Below, piece after piece: positions 14,901 through 26,369 of a DNA stretch of 64,000 nt (position 1 is the first letter of the stretch; each line of letters starts with the position of its first letter). Origin of the DNA: Psammoneis japonica (lineage: Eukaryota); assembly GCA_008632985.1 (NCBI GenBank), contig QPGO01000062.1:124001-188000 (forward strand), read 5' to 3'. Made by a program: the position numbers and the translations under genes. The notes under the pieces were generated by a model. It had not been told where the DNA came from and did not search any database. It worked only from the letters and a program-made list of their open reading frames with translations.

Positions 14901-17604
14901 GAGAGCGTAGCTCGGCACTATCGACGGCGTAGAGGATGGTAACGCACTCGGGAAAATGGTAAGAGCCAAAGAGGGCGCTTCACTAGGCGTATTGGTTGGA
15001 GCCTCACTTGCACTTATGGCTGTAGTAGGAACATTACTTGGTTTTGTCGAGGTTTGTAACGTTGACGAAAGGTCACTGGGAAATGGAGTTTCTGGCGAAA
15101 GCGACGGATTTTCTGTTGGCAAAGATGTTGTAGTTGGAGAAGTCCCAGATGATGGATTTTCTGTTGGTGGCGGCGTCGCCGGTGATGAAAGTGAAGGTTC
15201 CATCGTTGGGTTGGATGTTGGATTTGGCGTTGGTAACTCCGTGGAAGGAAAGTTCGTTGGGTTCTTTGTTGACGGTGTTAGTGTAGACGTGGGGACTGTC
15301 TGGGCAACTGTTGGCTTCATTGTGGGTGTTTGAGATGGAGAAAAAGGCAGCGGCGGAGGTTTTACTGGAGTCGGATTTATCGTTGGTGGCAGTACAGGTT
15401 CAGCAACTGGTGATGGAACCGGTGTAGGTGATAAGGTCAGCGGTGGCGTAGCAACTGGAAGTGTCGGCTGCGGCGTCTCCGGAAGCGATGGGGGGAGCAA
15501 AGAAAAGAACGTTGGAGTCGTAGTAGGGGTCAAAGTCGTTGGGGTAAGCGATGGCGGTGTCTGTGGTACCGTTGTTGTGGACCCCAAAGTCGGTGAAGGA
15601 GTTGGATTTGGCGTTGGTGTCGATGTCGGTGGCAGGGATGGATCTGGTGTTGGAGATAGCGTGGGATTCGGCGTCGGCAACAGTGTTGGACTCGGCGATG
15701 GTGCTTGTGTTGGGGGAAGGGTTGGCTCCTGTGTTGTCTGCAGCTGGGTTGGATTTGGCGTTGGTGTCGGTGTCGGTAGCTGGGTTGGATTTGGCGTTGG
15801 TGTCGGTGTCGGTAGCTGGGTTGGATTTGGCGTTGGTGATGTCGTCGGTGGATTAACCGGTGCTGCTGTTGGTGTTTGTGTTAGAAGGCTCGTTTGCGAT
15901 GCAGTCGGAAGTGCAGTTGCGGGTACAACTGTCGTATCAGCTGCCGAGGGTTCCGATGTCTGTGATGTGACCGGAGTTGCTGAGACTGGTGCTACTGTGG
16001 TCGCCAGCACACTTGGTGGCAAAGTCACTGGCGCTAATGTCGTTGTAGCTATAGTTGGGGCAGAAGTTTGTGCGGTGGTCGGCGGCGACGTGTTTAGTGT
16101 CGCACTTGTGTGGCCGTAGTCGGAACCGGGGTGTCGAGCATGGTTGAAACTGAGCTCGGTGAGGACGTGGCGATAGGTGGAGGAAGAGGCTCTGTCGGTT
16201 CCTCGGGTCCAGGTGTCGGAGCGCTGGTACCTGGTGGATCGGTGGAGGATGGCGATGGCGGCGAGTTCGGTACAGAGGATGAGAATTCGACGGCTTGTGC
16301 AACTTCTTGCGTATTCATGTCATACACAAATAAAGCAGAAATAGCTTGAAAACCTTGAGGCCCAAGAAGCTCAAGATAAGCGACATCTAAAGCATGTCCG
16401 AGATCCGTCATGTTGAATGTTGTCACCCGTATTTGTCTTTCTTGATCCCTACGGTGTTGCTGTTTTTCGGATGGGGACGGCTCATGGTGGCGCGAGAACA
16501 AATTCATTTTGGCGCCACCTTGTATCGGGTCCTTTTCCACCTCAGCGTTGAACAGTGGCTCGCTTGGAGAACACCCATTGCAAAGACTGTCCATAGTCCA
16601 ATCAGTGTCCATGAATGGTGTACCGTCATCAGCAACCACCAGTTCGTAGTTTTCAAGCTTAACGTTACTGATAGTACGCTCATAAATGTCTCTGCAACCT
16701 CCTGAAAGGGTATTATATGTTTCTTCGAATGCGTCCTCCGCCCTCTTCACCTCTTCTTGGGTGAATGGCCTCGTCAAGCCCTCGAGATAGAGCGACATGC
16801 GACCCCGGTGCTGTTCCAAGTTCAAGCCACATTGTAAACCTATCAAATTGGAAACAGGCCTTTGATTGTTTCTATTTTCTGACACAACCACCCCTGAAGC
16901 AACTGAAGCAGCAACGGCTGCCGTGACTGCCACTGCAGCTGCCACAGCAAGACCTACGGTAATACCAGCCGTGACTGTTGCCCCCGCGGCAGCAGTCGCG
17001 GCTGCAGCTGCTGCATTTGCCGCATTTGCCGCAGCTTGTACGGCCATTTGTTGAGCAACAATTTGCATGCTATAATGACAAATAGGAAAAGAAGTCATCA
17101 AGCAAGTAAGTTTGGTTCTACGAGAAAGAAGTACGCCACCGAAAAAACACAGCAACAGGTTACTTTCAACACTTACTCTGCGCTCGGCGGTGCGGTCGTT
17201 GTGGTGCCTTGACCCTGTGGTGCAGCCGAGTTAGATGGATCCGTCTCACCCATCCCCTCTATTTGACCTGCTCCTGCATCGTCATCGTCGCCGGTATTAT
17301 CAAGCGTTTGCTTGAACTTGCTCGAGGCCAAACCCACAGCACCCAGTCCAACGAAACCGACACCGGCCACCGTCATTGCCACTTTTTTTGCTTTACCACT
17401 GCTTTCATTGTCACTCTCATCAGAATCTCCCTCGCTTCCTTCATCTTCGTTCGTATCTTCACTATCAGAATTTAAGAAAGGTGCTTCCTCGAAAACATCT
17501 TCTGGCGAATCCTCACTGATGTCAGACAGATTTCTGTTCCAATCTTCATCACCATTCGCAATATCTATAGGAACATTTTGCTGAGAAACTGCAAATTCCT
17601 TCAT
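11913..17604 (-). CDS. Mucin-like Pro/Ser/Thr-rich surface protein (family copy 2) with a short Cys-rich C-terminus
   Basis: Exon 1 17604-17177, intron 17176-17070. Exon 2 N-terminus is highly similar to copy 1. A 1-nt frameshift at ~16110 joins it to ORF 16028-11913 (PS repeats ending ..EECCNNGSGCDNQVCCGG..NCPVQN*). Confidence 0.8.
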
Positions 17605-18782
17605 GTTGATACTGGTCTATGGTGCTTGCGTTAGGCGCTTTGGCTGCTCTGATCGAACTGTCTACAAGTCGTAAGGGTGAAAGCATGTTGATCTGCTCGT
17701 CTATTCGTACGTTGACAAAAACAAAGAAGCGTGAACGTGGGCAATTTTTTGCACTCGTGAGCGAAGATGCAACACGAGACAATCATCATGTCTTTTTCCG
17801 CGAGGGCAATATATTTTTGACATCAAAAGTCATGAATACGATTGAAATGACCTTTGGGCTTAAATCAGAGAATTATTCGCCGTTGGCTCGCAAGATTGAT
17901 GACTCACGCCGGGTACAGTGCTTCGAGCACTTCTACTAGCTAATAGAGGGCCCTTAGCTAGACTCGATTTTGGGGGGGTTAGTGACTCCAAGAGAGGGGG
18001 GAGGGGAGAGGAGAAAGAAGGAGGAGGAGGAGAGAAAGGAAGGAGAGAGGAAGGGGTTGCGAGGGCAGCGAGCTTGATCTAAAAGGCAGAAGTGGTTTGA
18101 AGAGCCATCGTCAATTCTTTCTCCCGTTTCACCACCCGATGTGTCAGATCTCCGGGTGCTCCCATGTTGAAGTAATTTGGTGTGGTGACACAGATCGAGA
18201 CATTGTAGTGTTGAAGTATCTCTAGTATGAATTTTACGTAGAAATCTACGCAATTCAGGAGTTTCCCTCCGACACCACACAAAAAATCGACCATGAGAGC
18301 TGCAAGAGCCGGTAGTCGAAATTGTCGCCGTCACTTGTGATACTGTTGTGACAACAAAGCACGCATTAAAACTCTCTCTGATGAATGAATATACGAAAAG
18401 AGATGTATGAAAAACGTGAAAAATGGATAAGAAATGCTTGGTACTTTTTCCATTTTTTGAACTCGTCTCTCACCGCTCTTGCGTTGCAATTTCTGTTCGT
18501 TCTTGACAGATTGAAGAGCCCTCCTTTAAGCATTGATCATTCATGGCGTCTCTCATGCTGATGCTTTGTATTGTTGCCTTTTTGGCTTCAGCCGAGTGTT
18601 CACCCTTCGTTGACGAGGCTTTAGAAGTTGTTGGAGTGGTGGCTTTTCAGGGTTCATTGGAATTGCTGAGTGCGGCGGTACCACAAGCGCTGTTGACCGG
18701 GATATGATGGAATGGATGTCACATGTTGGTTGTGGGTGTGGTTTGTTTTGGCTGGTAATCTACAATCTACCACTTTTGGAAA

Positions 18783-19053
18783 AGTCCGTGTATAAGCGGC
18801 AGACGAGGTTGCCCTCGTCTTTAAATAACACGGGCTACTGCCGAGGTTGCTGACTGCAGCAGCGCCTCGGTAATTTTTTTTCTGCAATAATGTTCATGTG
18901 GCCCCACCTCTGAACATTGAGACGGCCAACGAGAGCCAAGGGGTTGCCCCCCGGTGAGGCGTTGACTGGTGCTTCCAAGGACGGGAGTGCCTTCAACCGC
19001 CGCAGACCCGAATCTCCGTTGCGATAGGGTTCACCTGCCCTTGAAAGGTGGCA
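18783..19053. ncRNA. Candidate structured RNA (dense run of stem-loops) inside the transposon
   Basis: At least seven adjacent helices found by eye; details in findings. No family recognised. Confidence 0.35.
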
Positions 19054-19282
19054 TTTGAGTGTGGTATTGTGATGAAGTATGTGGAGGACACAACAACCAA
19101 TAGTTATAGAAGTGTGGTAGATAAGAAATAAAATAGTGAATTCGTAACTCATGGAAACTCAGCTCTGTTTCGAAAACACTACTGTGCGTCTCTAGGCTAG
19201 ATCGCTTCTACGAGTAGTAGCTATCTCACGAGAATGTCAACAAAAGTAGTAATACATAAAGTATGCCTAGTAATGATAACAT

Positions 19283-22200
19283 CTACCTCCTTGACTGCTG
19301 TCTCTTTGGGCAATCCTTAGAATGCGCTGGTCGACCTCTTGGTCGGCACCCCGTCACACTGTAGCTTTGCTGCAGCTTGTATTGTAGGAAGACAGGACAA
19401 CAGTATGGATCAATGTCTTGCTTCCTCTGATCCCGTATCAGATCATTAAGATTTGAAAGAGCCGGTTGCACTTGATATGGAACAGATGGGAGGGATGCGC
19501 TCATGCTCGATGCAATGGCAACTTGTTGTGACAGGGCGCTTCTCACGGCTTGCAACATGTTGAACTGCTCCTCGACTCGAACGTGAGCCGCGTTAAGTAA
19601 TGGTGTGTCATTCACACACATAGATTCAACCCCCACCTGAGGAGCCGCCACAATTTCCACAAAACCACTAGCCGGTCGAACGCTTGCCACTGCTGTAGTT
19701 TCTCCATCGTTGCCGTTTCCAACAACTGATCTTGTTGTTCGCTTGTATGGATTTGTCACTGGCTTTGTCCCACAGATATTGCACATACATCGATCCGTCT
19801 CCGGGTGTGGAGTAATTGTTTCATTTCTAGCATTCTGCTCCCGCAGGTACTTGGACAGAAAACGCTCGCCGGTGTCCGCCTCGAGTTCCCTTACATCTGG
19901 ATAGGGCGCTTTCTTCCCCTTCTTTGTTGCTAGCTTGTTGATTTCGATTAGATTGAGCACGTTCCGATGAGCAACCACACCCCGAAAATCGTATGGAATC
20001 TTTGCTCGAGTCTCTGGATTCATTCGTTCAACGCGTTCCTTTTCTTCAATTGTAGCGTTGTAGAGAACCAAACCTTCCAGAGTGATCAAATCCATCAATG
20101 AATCTCGCATCCCACAGTTCCCATAATGAGCCAGCGAATCATGAGCCTTTTCCAACTTTGACTCCGGCCCGAGTAATGTCCGCCACTTCACCAGCTTCGC
20201 TCTTGAACGGAGCGATGGAGCCACTGGCCAGTACTGCTCTGACTTTGGCACTGGAACGTCCAATCCCTTGGATGTTTCTCTTCCATTTGCCACGGCATCC
20301 TTTGTATCACTTGTAAAGAGTGTCAAACCACTGTTTGGATCAAGACGTCCCCCAGCGGGTCGCGATCCATCAGAAGCCGTACACTTATATCGGGCGTGCC
20401 AATCGTCAAGCAAGCTGATTCTCTTTTCCAGCGGATGCCTCCAAATGCGCATGTATTCTGAGTAGTGCTTCCACCTGGAAGAATGGATGATCTCATCTAT
20501 TTCTGCATCCGTGTGCTTTTTGCCATTGAGAGTTCCATCCTTGAGGGCTTGTATTACTGCTTGGCGGTCCGACCACTCGGTGTATGAAACTGTAGCTCGA
20601 AGGTCCCGAACTGCTTGATGATAGTCGACGTGGTCTTTTCGAAGTGTCTGTACAATACGGTGCATCCAGTGAAAGAGACCCAAACGGCATACTATGTAAC
20701 CTCCAAATAACACCTTCCATAACGATGACTTATTCGGCCAAGTGTCGCTGTAATGGATTTTTGGACGCACGTTCTTTCGCCTCGCGAACTGCTCGGCTGC
20801 GTGAGCAAAATCTTTTGCTTCCAACGTCGGTGTCAGACAAGCAACTCCAACCTGTCCCTTTTCGTTGCACATAGTAAATAGTCCTGCCGCCGCTCCACCA
20901 CCTTTCTTTGTATAATTCTTGAGAATTTGAAAAGTGTGGTCAGAAGCCACGCTCATTGATGCTCCCACCATCTGGATCAATCTTGTACATCTGGAGTATG
21001 ATGACGTATCAAGAGCTGTCAATTCCGATGCGCCAGATTCATCATAAAGATCAAGAATCGCAGAACCTGATGGACTGTAGCTGCCAATCCACTCGTAGAA
21101 AGATATCCAGTCACCTGATTCATCGTTGGCTCGTTGATAATACTCTTTCTGGAGATCCTCGAAATAGGCAGCTCGCATCTGGTGTAGCGTGTGAGAAAAC
21201 TTATCGCCGTTTGCGTACGTGACAAGAAAGGATTCAAATAGCCTTGTGGTTTCCCTTGTAAGGTGCCATTTGTTGGTTGCGCTGGCATACTTTGGCTCAG
21301 TTGGATACGATGATTGAAGGCTTTTTGGTAACTTGTGTAGCAGTCGACCGTCGTTGCCCTTGCATCGCGTCTTGCATTTGTTGCACTCATACCACATTGA
21401 CACTGCCACATGAGTCTTACCGCTGATGCAATATATTGGCGTCGCCCCACCGTATCGAGTAAAGTCCATACGGTCATGAATCATCTCCCCGTCACACTCT
21501 CCGTCAATACAGGAAATGTAGATGTTAGGACAATTCAGCTCCCAACAAACGATGTATATTATCATACCCTGCAGCTGGTGGTAGTAATAATCAGGCGGTG
21601 AAGTGCAGTCATCCTTGGGAACTTGAAACGATATTGTACCAGGCGGAAAGGTACCATCCTTGACCTCCAGAATCTCTTTGAGCTTAGTGCTTTTTGCTGT
21701 AGCAACAGGATACGTGTTGCTGCCCTGATCAAATCTGGGCTTGACAGAATCCAACAGATAACTGATAAGAGCACTCACTGCAGCCGGGCACTTTGTCTTC
21801 TCCTCCGAGTTCTCATACTTTTTCACTCGTGCTCGAATCTCTTTTTTCAACGTCTCAACCGAGAATTTTGTATTCCTTGCGGCATCAAAAAGATTCGGGT
21901 TGCTTGCGACGGTAGAACTGGACGCTCCCAGATTCACGGGCTTGCAAAAGTTTGAATCACCGGGAGGAGGCAATGGAGCTCGACTGTTTGATTCTTTAAT
22001 TTCAAAATGGTCTTCCATGGTAGAAACTCCTTTCTGTGGGGCGGCTGGGATCGTATTGTTCTTTTCATGGAGCTCTTTTTCCCGTCGCTCTGCATCTTTC
22101 GTAGCCGCGGTGACATTGATTTGCATGTATCGTTTCGAAAACTTGCACGTGGGATCGTGACCATGATGGTATGTAGGCCCATTCTCACACCTCTTGCATT

Positions 22201-22477
22201 TCTTTGTTCCGTCGTCTACTCTTGGCACCTTGCGCCCACTTAAATCGCTCTGTTGCGTGCGCTTCTTACGTGTCTGCGCTTGACTTTTGCTCGTTTTAAT
22301 GGAGCCTTTGCGCTTCTGGGATTGAATGCCCATGTTGATAAAGAAAGGATGCAGCTGCTGCTGTGTAGCCACTTTTAGTGGAGCTGATTCTTCTTCAACG
22401 TCGGTCATCATCGAAGCACCAGTAGAGATTGTACTTTTCTCTCTCGTGGGTTTTTTTTGTGAGAGAATTTTTCTCAT
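19283..22477 (-). CDS. Transposase-like protein (1064 aa), probable DDE/RNase H fold with Zn-binding motifs
   Basis: Intronless long ORF. Motifs CKRC..HHGHDPTC; YECNKC..GNDGRLLHKLP..YP (DUF6729-like from memory); SDHTFQ; HYSDTWP; RLGLFHWMHRI (position of the C/DxxH signature); SKLEKAH; C-terminal CCP..GRPAHSKDCP. Superfamily not assigned. Confidence 0.65.
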   Translation of the reverse strand: MRKILSQKKPTREKSTISTGASMMTDVEEESAPLKVATQQQLHPFFINMGIQSQKRKGSIKTSKSQAQTRKKRTQQSDLSGRKVPRVDDGTKKCKRCENGPTYHHGHDPTCKFSKRYMQINVTAATKDAERREKELHEKNNTIPAAPQKGVSTMEDHFEIKESNSRAPLPPPGDSNFCKPVNLGASSSTVASNPNLFDAARNTKFSVETLKKEIRARVKKYENSEEKTKCPAAVSALISYLLDSVKPRFDQGSNTYPVATAKSTKLKEILEVKDGTFPPGTISFQVPKDDCTSPPDYYYHQLQGMIIYIVCWELNCPNIYISCIDGECDGEMIHDRMDFTRYGGATPIYCISGKTHVAVSMWYECNKCKTRCKGNDGRLLHKLPKSLQSSYPTEPKYASATNKWHLTRETTRLFESFLVTYANGDKFSHTLHQMRAAYFEDLQKEYYQRANDESGDWISFYEWIGSYSPSGSAILDLYDESGASELTALDTSSYSRCTRLIQMVGASMSVASDHTFQILKNYTKKGGGAAAGLFTMCNEKGQVGVACLTPTLEAKDFAHAAEQFARRKNVRPKIHYSDTWPNKSSLWKVLFGGYIVCRLGLFHWMHRIVQTLRKDHVDYHQAVRDLRATVSYTEWSDRQAVIQALKDGTLNGKKHTDAEIDEIIHSSRWKHYSEYMRIWRHPLEKRISLLDDWHARYKCTASDGSRPAGGRLDPNSGLTLFTSDTKDAVANGRETSKGLDVPVPKSEQYWPVAPSLRSRAKLVKWRTLLGPESKLEKAHDSLAHYGNCGMRDSLMDLITLEGLVLYNATIEEKERVERMNPETRAKIPYDFRGVVAHRNVLNLIEINKLATKKGKKAPYPDVRELEADTGERFLSKYLREQNARNETITPHPETDRCMCNICGTKPVTNPYKRTTRSVVGNGNDGETTAVASVRPASGFVEIVAAPQVGVESMCVNDTPLLNAAHVRVEEQFNMLQAVRSALSQQVAIASSMSASLPSVPYQVQPALSNLNDLIRDQRKQDIDPYCCPVFLQYKLQQSYSVTGCRPRGRPAHSKDCPKRQQSRR

Positions 22478-22740
22478 CGCGACAGAAGTCTGTGTTGTTG
22501 TGTTTTTCCGTGGCGCGAAAAGAAGATGATTTCGGTCTCCGCATCATTTTGATTCTTGTGTCTGATTTTGGAGAGTTGTCTCAGCCTCCTCGTCTATAAA
22601 TGATTGCGTCAGATTTTCCGAAAAAATGTTAATTAATTAGTCGGAAAGTCCTCGACTTTCCGAGGGCCCCCTATAAGTAGAAATCCCAAATGCTGAATTC
22701 TGATTGGCTCTCGTAGCGCCATTCCTAATCCTCCCTCGAG

Positions 22741-22827
22741 ACTCAGCTACTAGTCTAGAGTAGAGAGTAGCTCTACTAGTAGTAGCTACTCTAGCTAGAG
22801 CTAGCTCTAGAGTTAGAGCAGGGCCCT
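22741..22827. repeat. Low-complexity TAG/CTAG/AGCT palindrome-rich tract
   Basis: agctactagtctagagtagagagtagctctactagtagtagctactctagctagagctagctctagag, followed by agggccct. Confidence 0.8.
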
Positions 22828-23203
22828 GGAGAGATGCTATGAGTCTGCCAGAGTGTACGAGTTCATATTATTCAAATAACAGGTAATAAACGTATTTTAC
22901 CATACTAGGTCCATGTTGTGAGTGGTCACTGGGCGTGCAGCACTTGATGCCTGCTAAAATGGAAAAGTACAACGGCGTCTCGACCACTCGAGGATGCAAC
23001 AACGTGAAGAGTAGATACTATGCAATTCAGGCTAATGATAGAAACATCCTCAATTGTGCCTTACAGTGCCAAAGCTTACTTTTCACTGGGGAGCTTAGCT
23101 CGGATCAAGGACGGTGAATCAGCGGCAGGGAAATCCAAATCAGACGACGCGCCAGATTCAAATGAATTTCAGTTGGTGTGTCGAACAGCGCCAGGGACGG
23201 TTG

Positions 23204-25927
23204 TCAAACAGTTGCATCTGTCGGAGTTCCACTTGGAATGAAAGATGGTATACCCGTCGGACCTGAATTGGGTGTGTTGCTGGGGGCATTTGTTGGAACA
23301 TTACTCGGTGCATCAGATGGAGGTATTGAAGTAACGAAAATCATTTGGACAGAGGGGTTCAGTGATGGCACTGAGCTCGGTGTTTCTGAGGGAGACTTTG
23401 AGGTATTAACCTCGCTAGGTGCTAGGGATGGTGTATTGCTAGGATCAATCGTTGGAGATTCACTCGGTACACCAGAAGGCTCATCTGATGGAACCGACGA
23501 GGGCTTGGAAAAAGTTACATCGCTTGGCACAGTAGACGGAAATGCAGAAGGCAATTTTTTTGGCGCAAACGATGGTGAAGAAGCTGGAGTCACACTCGGT
23601 GCCGGTATAATAGTTGTTGCTTTCAAGGGAACGTCGCTTGGTGAAACGGATGGAGCGTCGCTTGCAGTCTCTGTTGGACCCTCGGTTTGGATGCCAGAAG
23701 GTGTATCTGTGGATACTGACGCATTTTTTGACACCGTTACATCACTCGGAACATAACACCGCGTTCTGGTAATCGTTAAGGGACCACTCTGCTGGATAGG
23801 ATTCCCAGCATCCAAAATGATGGCAGCTTGGTTGGGTCTATGGAACTCCCAACAAGTTATGGTTGAATAACTGAAATTGGCATTGATGCTGATGCTTTCT
23901 TCAACAGGCAGAGCTAGTTCTTGCCCAAAGCCATCGGTACAGCATTTGGCCCAACCAAACTCTAAAGAGCTTGTATTCGTAACATTGTCGTGACTTCGTG
24001 GATTACCAGAGTCGTCCTTAACCGTTGGATTTGAAAAGTCAAAGTTCGTCGTCGACTGTAGCGTCAAGGTGGCACTGCCAGAAGTGCCATTTACGGCATC
24101 AATTATAACCACAAGACCCATTGTGCAATCGTCTGTGTTTACGTGAAAGAAGATCCGACTGGTATTTGCTTCTGCTGGGACTATCTGACCTTGATATGAA
24201 GCAGAAGAGAAGCCGTACACATCGGAAAGAGACTGTCCATTCTTAAATGGTTCCACTCCAGTCGCAGTTGTGCCGGATGAATGAGAGACATCAAAGCAGA
24301 CATCATCGCAGCTGGTTGGTGCGAATGATGACGATGGCGACTCTGATGGACCCATGCTGGGTACTTGGGTGGGTGATGAGTTCGACAGAATGGGGGCACT
24401 GCTTGGAGTCTGGCTTGGCGCATTTGATGGGAGAACTGGCCTGGATGTAATTGGCATCGAGCGTGTCGGAACTGAAGACGGAGTGCCAGTACCTAGTTGC
24501 TCGGTAGGGGATGGAGACGGCGTCGAATTCGATACGGAATTCGGCAGTTGGACAGTCAAGGGATCGGAGCTTGTTGAAAAGTCGATGGCTTGTGCAATTT
24601 CTTTTGTGCTCATGTCGTACACAAATATGGAAGATATAGCTTTGAAGTCTCGTGACCGAAGAATCTCAAGATACGTGTCATTTAAAGCAATTCCGAAATC
24701 TTCCATGTTGAATGTGGTCACTCGCATTTGAATCTCTTCGTCCCTACGGTGTTGATGCTGCTCTGATTGGAACCGGTCATGACGATACGAAAAAATATTT
24801 TTTGCATTTCCGGATGATTCGGTACGCTGACGCTCTGGTGGGAATGGGTCGCGACGATACGAAAAGACGTTCTTTGCGTTTCTGGATTCTGTGGGTTCCT
24901 CCTTCTTGACCCCAGCATTGAACAATGGCTCACGAGGAGAGCAACCATTGCAGAGGCTATACACATCCCATTCAGTTTCCATGTATTGGGTGCCGTCATC
25001 GCTAATCACCAGGTCATAATCTGCGAGCTGAGCATTGGTGACATTGCGCTCATAGATGTCTCTGCATGCGCCAGAAAGAGAATGGTATATTTCAACAAAT
25101 GTATCCTCCACCATCTTCACCTCCTCGGGAGCGAATGGTCTCGCTATACCCTCAAGATGTAGGGACATGCGACCCTGGTACTGTTCCAATTTCAAGCCGC
25201 ATTGTAAATCAGTGAAATTGGGAAACGATCTTTGGCTGTTTCTGTTGTCTGATACCGCCACCCGTGTTGCGACAGAAGCAGCGACGACTGCTGTGATTGC
25301 AACTGCAACCGCCAAAGAAAGACCTACGGTAATACCAGCCGTGACTGTTGCCCCCGCCGCGACCGTTGCCGCTGCAGCAGCTGAATTGGCTGCATTTGCT
25401 GCCGCCTGTACAGCCATTTGTTGTGCAACAACCTGTAACCTAAATGATAAAGGAAGGAGTCAGTAAGTTAATCTTTTCTTCCACAACAACGAGCCATCAC
25501 CTTAGTTACAGGACACTTTATTCATAACGTACGCCGCATTCGTCGCCGCGTTAGACTTGGTGTCCTGTGCTTGGGGAGCATCCGAGCTAGGAGGTTCTGT
25601 CTGACCCATACTCTCCATCTGACCTACTCCAGCATCGTCGTCATCATCGGTCTTTTCCAGCGATGTCTCACGCTTGCTCGCTGCAAGACCAACGCCGCCC
25701 AACAACGCCAAACAGATACGGATCAGAAATGAAACCACTTTCTTTGCTTTACCACTGCCTTCAGCGTCTTTCTCGTCATTGTCTTCCTCCTCTCTTTCGC
25801 GTTTATTTGTATCTTCGCTGTCAGAAGTCACGAAAGAAGCTCCTTCCAAGTTGTCCTCTGATGGATCGCATCGCTCGTCATCTGTCACATCTTCAGAGCT
25901 AATACCTCTTTGCTTGCAATACTTCAT
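23204..25927 (-). CDS. Mucin-like surface protein (family copy 3) with an inserted globular Cys-containing domain; C-terminus probably truncated
   Basis: Exon 1 25927-25533, intron 25532-25440, same N-terminal module as copies 1 and 2. The stop at 23204 falls in DATV*QPSLA, where copy 2 reads DAPVGQPSQA. Confidence 0.75.
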
Positions 25928-26369
25928 TTTCTTCGTACTCTTTCAGCGTTTAGGTGGCTCTGACGGGTGGTCGATGCCATTTTTCGAAGGGGTTTGAGGT
26001 TGTTCTGGCGACGCAACGTGTGAGCGATACCCGGCCGAAGCCAGAGAAGGAAGGAAGGAAGGAAGGCATAATTTGTCCGACTACGAAAATAATTATCATC
26101 ATGACTATGTCTGTGAGGGCAATAATTAGGGCTTAGAGAACAAAAAGACATTTTAAAAAAAGTACGAATAAAATGACTGGGCATAAATCTGAGAGGTTTC
26201 TACTCCAGCATGCGAAGGAGACATACACGGAAAGAAGTGGAAATTTGTAGCACGAACATTTTGTGGTCAGAAGCAAGTGGTGCATCATCAACAAAAAGCT
26301 CCTCTGCGCATCCGGTGGCAGCAGACTGTGTGGATGCTTTTCTCTAGTTTAGGTTAAATGGAGTTATGC

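Larger units (their letters stand above)
17943..22674 (-). mobile_element. Putative intact DNA transposon (~4.7 kb) with short terminal inverted repeats
   Basis: atagagggccct (17943-17954) matches the reverse complement of agggccccctat (22663-22674) at 11/12. Perfect 10-bp subterminal hairpin tcggaaagtc/gactttccga at 22641-22663. Purine tract at 17990-18056. Encloses one long transposase-like ORF and interrupts the paralog array. Confidence 0.6.

Noticed and set aside
9015..16120. Programmed -1 frameshifting in mucin copies 1 (~9024) and 2 (~16110)
   Set aside because: The sites are not homologous and have no slippery heptamer. Similar 1-nt deletions occur in unrelated genes (~32835, ~38268, ~49695), so sequencing/assembly indels or ordinary mutations are more likely. 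Raw reads would decide.
172..16349. Long plus-strand GxxEG/GTxDG ORFs and minus-strand RRCPLLL ORFs
   Set aside because: Antisense and off-frame shadows of the PSxxPS coding repeats.
18375..18400. Hammerhead-like ctgatga..gaaa
   Set aside because: No stem II pairing between the two core motifs.
18778..18840. RNase P/MRP-like motifs (ggaaaagtccg ... acacgggct) or a pistol ribozyme (taagcg, ttaaata)
   Set aside because: Spacing is far too short for RNase P/MRP, and the order and loop size do not fit pistol.
17954..19152. Second protein-coding gene in the transposon
   Set aside because: Only short stop-interrupted ORFs; I could not build a consistent spliced model.
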